Shown: positions 31,681 to 38,849 of the stretch, one piece after another | Position numbering within the stretch: the stretch's first letter is position 1 | Layout of the letters: every line of letters starts with the position of its first letter | Origin: Corallococcus sp. bb12-1 | GTDB lineage: Bacteria > Myxococcota > Myxococcia > Myxococcales > Myxococcaceae | Direction: 5' to 3' | Assembly: GCF_026626765.1 (NCBI RefSeq) | Contig: NZ_JAPNJZ010000012.1 | Location: 13,012 to 77,011 of the forward strand | DNA length: 64,000 bases | The notes under the pieces: generated by a model | What the model was told of the DNA's origin: nothing | What the model saw: only the letters and a program-made list of their open reading frames with translations | The model's database searches: none | Translations under genes and position numbers: made by a program

Positions 31681-31687
31681 CTTCTTC

Positions 31688-32308
31688 TTGATCAAGATCC
31701 TCGAATCCCGCTTTGTCACCACCGCCGTGGAATTGAAGGGCCTGCCCACGGACCACGCCGCGGAGGTCGCCTTCGTCGGCCGCTCCAACGTGGGCAAGTC
31801 GTCCATGATCAACGCCCTGACGAACCGGCGCAAGCTGGTGCGCGTGTCCAACACGCCCGGGCGCACCCGCACGCTCAACTTCTTCGACGTGGACCTGGAC
31901 CGCGACGGCCAGCGCCACACGGTGCGGCTGGCGGACCTGCCCGGCTACGGCTTCGCCAAGGCGAGCAAGGCGGACAAGGCCCAGTGGCAGGAGATGATCA
32001 CCTCCTACCTGAAGCACCGTCACCGGCTGGAGGTGGTGGTGAGCATCATCGACGCGGAGGTGGGGCCCTCTCCGGAGGACCTGCGCACGCTCGACTACCT
32101 CCAGGAGCACAACCGCCGCATCCTCGTGGTGGCCACGAAGATCGACCGGTTGACCAAGGCCCAGCGCAAGCCCCGGCTCACCGCCCTGTGCACGCAACTG
32201 GAGCTGCCCCGCGAGGCGCTGATTCCGTTCTCCTCCACCGAAAAGCTGGGCGTGGAAGAGGTGTGGGGCACGCTGCTGGACACCTTCGGCAAGGCCACCC
32301 GCGTCTGA
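31688..32308 (+). CDS. engB: Ribosome-biogenesis GTPase EngB/YihA
   Basis: GRSNVGKSSMINAL (G1), DLPGYGFA (G3), TKIDRL (G4); TTG start 31688 chosen to avoid overlap with the cytochrome gene (the ORF extends to 31589 in frame). Confidence 0.75.
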   Translation: MIKILESRFVTTAVELKGLPTDHAAEVAFVGRSNVGKSSMINALTNRRKLVRVSNTPGRTRTLNFFDVDLDRDGQRHTVRLADLPGYGFAKASKADKAQWQEMITSYLKHRHRLEVVVSIIDAEVGPSPEDLRTLDYLQEHNRRILVVATKIDRLTKAQRKPRLTALCTQLELPREALIPFSSTEKLGVEEVWGTLLDTFGKATRV

Positions 32309-32347
32309 GTCTCCCGGGTCCGGGCACGCTGTGGTAGCACCCCCGGC

Positions 32348-34006
32348 GTGTCCCAGAACAAGACGAACGGTGGTGCTTCGCCCCTCGCTCCCCGCGAGGT
32401 GCGTCAGCGGTTGATGCAGCTGTCCCCCCGCAAGCGCGTGGAGGCCCTCTTCGACGCGCAGGACACGGCCGCGCTGGTGCGCTCGCTGCCCGCGGAGGAC
32501 CTGTACGTCACCATCCAGGAAGTCGGCCTCGCGGACTCGACGGAGCTGGTGCAGCTGGCGTCCCCCGCGCAGTTCCGCACCTTCGTGGACCTGGGCGGAT
32601 GGGTGAAGGACAAGGTGGACCTGCACGCGGTGCTGACGTGGCTGCGTGCCGCGCGTGGGGATGAACCGGAAGACTTCATGCGCAAGCTGCACGCGGTGGA
32701 CCTGGAGGTGGTGGAGACACTCCTCAAGGAATTCACCACCGTGTACGACCTGGAAGAGGACCCGGACGCCAACCCCCAGGGCATGGCGGTGGAGACGCCG
32801 GAAGGGCGCTACCTCGTCGAAATCAAGCTCGAGGGCGTGGAGATGTCCGCGATGCGCGCCATCGTCAACGACCTCATCGCGGAGAACCCCTTCGAATCCG
32901 TGCGTCTCTTCGAAGCGGTGCGCTGGGAGATTCCCTCCGAGCTGGAGGAGACGGCCTTCCAGTTCCGCCGCGCGCGCCTGGCCGACCTGGGCTTCCCCTC
33001 GCTGGAGGACGCCCTGGCGCTCTTCAGCCGCGTGGACGTGCCGCCGCGCCCCACGGGAAATGCGGCCCCCGCGCTCACCGCCACCGGCGGGCACCTGGAC
33101 TACGTGGAGGCGGCCTTCCGCGACCTGTCCGACGTGGAGCGGATGAACGCGGAGGACGAGCTGCGCGAAGTGGCCAACGCGGTGCTCGTCGCGGAGCTGG
33201 GCGACCCCGGGGACCTGGACGCCGTGCGCCGCGTGGGCGAATGGGTTCGCGACTACCTGTCGCTGGGCCTGGAGCACCTGACGGGCGGGGACCCGAGCCG
33301 GTCGCCGGACGCGCTGCGCGACACGCCCCTGCGCCGCGTCTTCCAGGTGGGCTTCACGCTGACGCTCCAGCTCAAGTACCGCGCGGACCGGCTCTTCAAG
33401 CAGGAGTTCATGAAGCTGGACGACGTGCCGCTGGTGCTGCCGGAAGAGGCCGCGGCCCTGGAGGCCCTGCGCCGCAAGCGCCCCCGCCGTGCCCTGCGCG
33501 TGCCGGGGGCGGAAGCCGTGCCGTTCCGGTCGCTGCGGGAGGTGGCCGGTTCGGAGGTGCTGCTGGCGCGCGCCGAAGGACAGGTGGTCGCGCTGGGCGC
33601 GCTCTTGGGCGGCGCGGAGGCCCCGGCGCACACCGTGCTGGCGCGCTTCGGCGTGTCGCTGGACGTGCTGGGCGTGGAGCGGCTCTGGGCAGCGGGCGTC
33701 GCCATGGCCGTCCTGGAGGAGCGCGTGGACGTGCGGCCCGTGCCGCTGGGGCGCACGGTGGAGCTGGGGCAGCGCCTGTTCGAAGGCACCCCGGAAGCGC
33801 CCCGCCTGCGCCCGAGCGCGGTGGAGCGCGCGCTGGCCGCGCTGGGCCCGGCGGTGCCGGAGGGCGCCCGGGAGGAATTGCGTCGGGTGGTGAACGTCAC
33901 GCTGACGCGCCTGCTGTCGGAGCTGGGGACGCCCTGGCTTCGCGAGGGTCGGCTGGACCTGATCGCCTCCGCGGTGCTTCCGATGGAGAGCGCGCCGGTC
34001 CCGTAG
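32348..34006 (+). CDS. Hypothetical protein (552 aa)
   Basis: Long ORF with coding-like codon usage, acidic; no motif recognised. Confidence 0.5.
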   Translation: MSQNKTNGGASPLAPREVRQRLMQLSPRKRVEALFDAQDTAALVRSLPAEDLYVTIQEVGLADSTELVQLASPAQFRTFVDLGGWVKDKVDLHAVLTWLRAARGDEPEDFMRKLHAVDLEVVETLLKEFTTVYDLEEDPDANPQGMAVETPEGRYLVEIKLEGVEMSAMRAIVNDLIAENPFESVRLFEAVRWEIPSELEETAFQFRRARLADLGFPSLEDALALFSRVDVPPRPTGNAAPALTATGGHLDYVEAAFRDLSDVERMNAEDELREVANAVLVAELGDPGDLDAVRRVGEWVRDYLSLGLEHLTGGDPSRSPDALRDTPLRRVFQVGFTLTLQLKYRADRLFKQEFMKLDDVPLVLPEEAAALEALRRKRPRRALRVPGAEAVPFRSLREVAGSEVLLARAEGQVVALGALLGGAEAPAHTVLARFGVSLDVLGVERLWAAGVAMAVLEERVDVRPVPLGRTVELGQRLFEGTPEAPRLRPSAVERALAALGPAVPEGAREELRRVVNVTLTRLLSELGTPWLREGRLDLIASAVLPMESAPVP

Positions 34007-34087
34007 CTTTTTCAGCCTTGCCCGGCCCATCTGTCCGGGGCGATCTCGCAACCGCCCGTAGATACGGGCTTCTGCCGCCCCCGGTCC

Positions 34088-34104
34088 CTGGCACGCCTGC
34101 TGCT
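34088..34104 (+). promoter_or_regulatory. Possible sigma54 -24/-12 element (cTGGCACgcctgcTGCt) upstream of the WaaL-like gene
   Basis: GG and GC spaced 10 nt apart with a TGGCAC core; about 145 nt before ATG 34251. Confidence 0.25.
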
Positions 34105-34250
34105 TTGCCCATTGCCCGCTAGCGCACGGCTGGCACGCGGCCAGCACCTTGCTGGCCGTGTGCGCGTGGACCGCTAGCCAACGGCTTTCCAAGAGGGCCA
34201 GGGGCACGCGTGTGACGGGACGAGCGACCGACAGCGAAGGGGTGGAGTTC

Positions 34251-35534
34251 ATGGGACCGGGCGCACAGGGGCAGCGTCGCGACGTGCTGGCTTTCTTCCT
34301 GCTCGTGGGGTTCGCGGCGGTGATGTACGCGGTGCCGGGTGAGTGGATCCCCGCACTGGCGCCGCTGCGGTTGGCGCTGCTGACGTCGGGCCTTGCGGCC
34401 GGACTGATGGTGATGCGGCGGCTGGGCAAGGCGGAGCCGCTCTATTTCGACGGCGCGCGGGGCATCGCGCTCCTGGCGTTCTCGTCGCTGGCGTTCTGTT
34501 CGGTGGCGTGGTCCGTCAATCCGGACGTGACGCGCTTCCAGGGCGTGGAGCTGCTGAAGCTCACGGCCATCTACCTGACGCTCGTGAACGTCATCACCAC
34601 GCCCAAGCGGCTGGCGGCGATGTGCGCGGCCATGGTGGTGGGCGCCATCGTGACGTCCATTGGCGTCATCAACTGGTACATCGTCGGTGAGAACATGGTG
34701 GAGGGCTTCCGTTCGCGCTGGGTCGGCGTGTACGCGGACCCCAACCACATGGCCATGAACATGGTCGTCGTGGTGCCGCTCGCGGTGGCGTTCCTCGCGC
34801 GCAAGAGCACCCCGTGGTTCTTCCGCGCCCTCTGCGCCCTGGCCGCGGTGCTGTCGGTGGTGGCCATCGTGCTGTCGCACTCGCGCGGTGGTTTCATCGG
34901 CCTGTCGGTGGCGATGGCGCTGTGGGCCATCCGCGAGAAGCGCCGCATGCAGGCCATCGTGCTGGGCTCCATCTTCGTGCTGGGCCTGGTGGTCTTCGCG
35001 CCCAAGAGCTTCTGGCAGCGCAACGAGACGGTGGCGGCGTTCCACGAGGACGCGTCCGCGATGGGCCGCGTGTACGCGTGGCAGGTGGCCAGCCGCATCA
35101 GCCTGGACAAGCCGCTGCTGGGCGTGGGCGCGGGCGGCTTCCGCTACGCGTGGTTCGAATACGCGCCGCCGGAGGCGCACCGCGCCTACGTGGCGCACAA
35201 CATCTTCCTCGACGTCATCGGCGAGCTGGGCTGGATTGGCCTGCTCTTCTTCCTGGTGTTCGCGGGAGGGTCGGTGGGCGGCGCGGTGGCGGCGTCCTCG
35301 GATTCGGAGATGGGGTGGATCGCGCGAGCGCTGTTCGCGTCGGTGGCGGGCTACCTCATCTGTGACTTGTTCTCGGGCTACATCCTGTCCGCGCATTGCT
35401 ACGTGCTCTTCGGCCTGGCCGCGAGCGCGCACCGCATCGCGCAGGCACGGGAGAGAGCCCTGGCGGTGGGGAGGCAGCCGGCCCTGAATCAGACGCCGGC
35501 GGCCACGTGGGAGGGGTCTGGGCATGCGGCGTGA
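34251..35534 (+). CDS. O-antigen ligase (WaaL/RfaL) family polytopic membrane protein
   Basis: About 10 predicted TM helices with a large periplasmic loop carrying the …HSRGGFIGLSVAMAL… / …HAHNIFLDVIGELG… pattern typical of Wzy_C/O-antigen ligase domains. Confidence 0.6.
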   Translation: MGPGAQGQRRDVLAFFLLVGFAAVMYAVPGEWIPALAPLRLALLTSGLAAGLMVMRRLGKAEPLYFDGARGIALLAFSSLAFCSVAWSVNPDVTRFQGVELLKLTAIYLTLVNVITTPKRLAAMCAAMVVGAIVTSIGVINWYIVGENMVEGFRSRWVGVYADPNHMAMNMVVVVPLAVAFLARKSTPWFFRALCALAAVLSVVAIVLSHSRGGFIGLSVAMALWAIREKRRMQAIVLGSIFVLGLVVFAPKSFWQRNETVAAFHEDASAMGRVYAWQVASRISLDKPLLGVGAGGFRYAWFEYAPPEAHRAYVAHNIFLDVIGELGWIGLLFFLVFAGGSVGGAVAASSDSEMGWIARALFASVAGYLICDLFSGYILSAHCYVLFGLAASAHRIAQARERALAVGRQPALNQTPAATWEGSGHAA

Positions 35535-35544
35535 GGAAGCACGG

Positions 35545-36672
35545 ATGGGGCGGGAGCCCCTCCGACTGGTGCAGTTCACCCGGTCGTTCCACATTGGTGG
35601 CACCGAAGTGCAGGTGCTGGAGTTGCTGCGCGGCTTGCCGTCCAGCTACCGGTTGCAGGTGTCGGTGTTGGAGGACGCCGGGCCGCTCATCGGTTCGGTG
35701 TGGAAGCTGGGCCACGCGCCCGAGGTATTCTCCCTCAAGGGGACGCTCGCGCAGCCCAACACGCTGGTTCAAATCTACCGGCTGTCACGCTGGCTGAAGA
35801 AGCACCGCGTGCACCTGGTGCACGTGCACGACTTCTACTCCAGCATCATCGCGGTGCCGGCGGCGAAGCTGGCGGGCGCGAAGGTCATCGTCGGCCGGTT
35901 GGATTTGTCCCACTGGCAGGGCAAGGCCCGCCGCCTGCTGCACGCGCAGGTGACGCGCATGGCGGATCACGTCATCGCCAACGCGGAGGCCATCCGCACG
36001 CTGCTCGTGGAAGAAGAGGGGCTGCCCCGAAGCCGCGTCTCCGTCATCCACAACGGTCTGGACCTGGTCCGCTTCGATGCGCGAACGAAAGAAGGCCTCA
36101 AGGACCCGCTGCCCGAAACGCATGGCATCCCCACCGTCATCCACGTGGCCAACATGAGCCACCCGGTGAAGCGGCAGGAAGATTTGCTCCTCGCGCTTGC
36201 CATGCTGCGTCATGAAGGCACCCGGCTGAACGCCTGGTTCGTGGGAGACGGCCCGCGCCGGCCTGGACTGGAGAAGATGGCGCAGGAGCTGGGGGTGGCG
36301 GACGGGGTGCACTTCCTCAGGCACCGCACGGACGTTCCGGCCCTCTATGGCCAGGCCACCTTCGGCGTCCTGTGCTCCACGGCGGAAGGCATGTCCAACG
36401 CGGTGATGGAGGGCATGGCCGCGGGCCTGCCCATGGTCGTCACGAAGGTGGGCGGCAATCCGGACCTCATCGTGGACGGCGAGCGGGGGCTCCTGGTGGA
36501 CCCGGAGCGGCCCGCCCAACTCGCCCAGGCCTTCCGACGGCTGCTGGCCAACCCCCAGGAGGCGAAGAAGATGGGCAAGGCCGCCCGGGGCTTCGTCGCC
36601 CGCGAGCTGTCCCTGGAGAAGATGGTGCGTCAGCACGACGCCCTGTACCGCCAGGTCGCACATCTGCCCTGA
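35545..36672 (+). CDS. GT4-family glycosyltransferase
   Basis: …FHIGGTEVQVLELLRGL… and C-terminal EGMSNAVMEGMAAGLPMVVTKVGGNPDLIVDGERGLLV (E-x7-E motif). Confidence 0.75.
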   Translation: MGREPLRLVQFTRSFHIGGTEVQVLELLRGLPSSYRLQVSVLEDAGPLIGSVWKLGHAPEVFSLKGTLAQPNTLVQIYRLSRWLKKHRVHLVHVHDFYSSIIAVPAAKLAGAKVIVGRLDLSHWQGKARRLLHAQVTRMADHVIANAEAIRTLLVEEEGLPRSRVSVIHNGLDLVRFDARTKEGLKDPLPETHGIPTVIHVANMSHPVKRQEDLLLALAMLRHEGTRLNAWFVGDGPRRPGLEKMAQELGVADGVHFLRHRTDVPALYGQATFGVLCSTAEGMSNAVMEGMAAGLPMVVTKVGGNPDLIVDGERGLLVDPERPAQLAQAFRRLLANPQEAKKMGKAARGFVARELSLEKMVRQHDALYRQVAHLP

Positions 36673-37106
36673 GTCTGGAAACGGCCCTCCAGGGCCGGGA
36701 AATGTCAGACCGATCCGGATAATCCGAGCCCGTCCTCAAGCAATTGGGGGCGGGCGCGTTCGTATGGAGGAAGGGTGCTCCCGAAGAGGGTCGCACCTTG
36801 TGTGTTTTGGTTATAGATGGGAATAGCTCGTTTTTCGTGGAGATTGATGGAATGTCTGTGGTAATGGCGCCACAGACGTTGCCAGCAGCAAGCGGCGTGA
36901 CCACCCTGGTGGGCGTTGGATCAGGCGGGGCAGGAATCGCCGCTGACGTGAAGGGGTTTTGAAGGAAGCGGACGTCGAGCGCGGGGCCCGGAAGCACGGG
37001 ACGCGGGGCGGACGCGGAACATGAAGGTGGCGCGGGGTGGGCCCAAGGCCCTCATCCGTATCCGCCGCGACTTTACGAGGCCCTGCCTGTCGGCACGCGG
37101 CCCGGG

Positions 37107-37153
37107 GCGCTCGCCGGTAAAACTCCAAGGTGCCGGCGAGCGCTCTCTTTTTT
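37107..37153 (+). terminator. Orphan rho-independent terminator (11-bp perfect stem + U-tract) inside a 620-bp convergent intergenic region
   Basis: GCGCTCGCCGG-15 nt loop-CCGGCGAGCGC followed by TCTCTTTTTTGT; nearest upstream + strand CDS ends 435 nt away. Confidence 0.55.
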
Positions 37154-37296
37154 GTCCCCCTGCCAGCACGCCCGGCGCCCTGACAGGTCGCACGCGGCGT
37201 TCCGATGCTCCAGGTGGGACATGTCACCGGCCTTGGCTCCGCGGCCCGCGGCAACCTCTTCCGAGGTGCCAGCGGGCGCTCCGCCTGACCGCCGTG

Positions 37297-37515
37297 CTAC
37301 TTCAGGTTTCCAATCACCTGGATGGTGGTGTCGCTCTTGAGCAGGTTGGAGACGTAGGCGACGGTCTCCTGCTGCTTCTGGAGCATGATCTGGGCTTCGG
37401 CGCGGGTGCGGTCGTCGCCGGTGAGGCCCTGGAGCATCCGCTGCTCCACCGTGTTCAGGCGCTGGTGGGTGTTCATCGCGTCCATCGGCGCCGATTTCGG
37501 AATGTTCAAGCCCAT
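37297..37515 (-). CDS. Small hypothetical protein (72 aa)
   Basis: GGAGG RBS 6 nt before ATG; sequence MGLNIPKSAPMDAMNTHQRLNTVEQRMLQGLTGDDRTRAEAQIMLQKQQETVAYVSNLLKSDTTIQVIGNLK; helical, Gln-rich, no family assigned. Confidence 0.4.
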   Translation of the reverse strand: MGLNIPKSAPMDAMNTHQRLNTVEQRMLQGLTGDDRTRAEAQIMLQKQQETVAYVSNLLKSDTTIQVIGNLK

Positions 37516-37621
37516 GCGAGCCTCCTGTCCTGGGCCGCCCGGCGGAGGACACCTCCGGGCGGAGAAGCGGGTGTAGGAGATTATCGCGAAATCCGGCGGG
37601 AGTTGCCCCCTCCCGAAAAAA

Positions 37622-38584
37622 TCAGGCGTCCCCGACGAGGTCGAAGAGCTGACCGACGCCCTTCGCCCGGGCCACGTCGTAGAGCGCGCGGGCCAGGGCC
37701 ACGTCCTGGACGGCCAGGCCGGTGGAGTCGAAGACGGTGACCTCGTTGCCCGTCCGCCCCGGCTTGCGGCCCGCGACGACCTCGCCCAGGGTGCCGGCGA
37801 GCTGCTCCTCCTTGAAGAGGCCGTCGTGCAGGGGCACGTTGACCTCACCGGAGTGGAGCGCCTGGTCCGCGTCGTCGATGAAGACGCGCCCTTCGACGAG
37901 CAGGCGCGGATCCAGCTCCTGCTTGCCGGGGGCATCCGCGCCCATGGCGTTGATGTGGGCCCCGGGCTGGACCCATTCGCGGCGGACCACGGGGGCGCGG
38001 GCGGGCGTGGCGGAGCAGACGATGTCCGCGCCGGAGGCCTCCTGGAGGCTCACCACGCGGCCGCCCTTCTCCTTCTGGAGGGCCTGGGCGGCGGCGTCGG
38101 ACACGTCCGCCATGAGCAGCTCCAGGTCCCCGAAGAGGGCGCGGTGCGCGTCGATGAGCACCCGCGCCTGCACGCCACAGCCCACGAGGCCCAGCGTGCG
38201 GGGCTGCTTCTTCGCCAGGTACTTGGACGCGATGCCGCCCGCGGCGCCGGTGCGCCACGCGGTGAGCAGGGTGCCGTCCAGGATGGCCAGCGGTGACGCG
38301 GTGTCCGGGTCGCTGAGGATGTAGACGGCGCGCACGGTGGGCAGGCCGTGCTTCTGGGGATTGCGGGGATGGGCGTTGACCCACTTCACGCCCGCGGCGC
38401 CGTCCAGGAACGCCGGCATGGCGCGGAAGTCGCCGTCGTACTTCGGCAGGGACAGGTACACCTTGGGGGGCATGAGCGCGTCGCCACGGCCATGGGCCAG
38501 GAAGGCGCGCTCCACGGCTTCCAGTCCAAGTTCGACGGTGTAGAGGCCGCGCAGCTCTTTCGCACTGAGGAGGAGGGTGGGCAT
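37622..38584 (-). CDS. Ornithine cyclodeaminase / mu-crystallin family (archaeal-type alanine dehydrogenase-like) protein
   Basis: …LGLVGCGVQA… Rossmann motif and family-wide similarity; start placed at MPTLLLSAKELRGL. Confidence 0.7.
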   Translation of the reverse strand: MPTLLLSAKELRGLYTVELGLEAVERAFLAHGRGDALMPPKVYLSLPKYDGDFRAMPAFLDGAAGVKWVNAHPRNPQKHGLPTVRAVYILSDPDTASPLAILDGTLLTAWRTGAAGGIASKYLAKKQPRTLGLVGCGVQARVLIDAHRALFGDLELLMADVSDAAAQALQKEKGGRVVSLQEASGADIVCSATPARAPVVRREWVQPGAHINAMGADAPGKQELDPRLLVEGRVFIDDADQALHSGEVNVPLHDGLFKEEQLAGTLGEVVAGRKPGRTGNEVTVFDSTGLAVQDVALARALYDVARAKGVGQLFDLVGDA

Positions 38585-38849
38585 GCCTGCCGCTATACCC
38601 AACCGCGAGCGCCCGCGCACGCGCCCTGTCGCCCCTTCCCCAAGGGCCGACACTTCGCGGCGCGGGGACGGGGCGGTGCCATCTGGGGGGCGCGGGATGG
38701 CTGGGATTGGCTTGCTTCTCAATCACTGCTCACGAGGAACGGGTGACGCCAGACGCCACGCCGCGTTGAGCGCGGGACGCCCGCCCGGACGCTGACCGTT
38801 CTGGCGGGGAAATCTGGAAAAGGACGGATGGCACTAGGATGCCCGGCCG

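Noticed and set aside
31568-34429. 953-aa minus-strand ORF (and 56282..57544 and 57601..60039 plus-strand ORFs)
   Set aside because: These are antisense to the engB/hypothetical/WaaL-like genes and to the pyrD/add/Smr/djlA genes respectively, with low-complexity translations.
36744-36962. 72-aa plus-strand ORF in the 36.7-37.3 kb intergenic region
   Set aside because: It was not called as a CDS: the Gly/Ala-rich translation has a weak start context for the full-length frame. It is retained only as part of the sRNA/small-ORF candidate finding.
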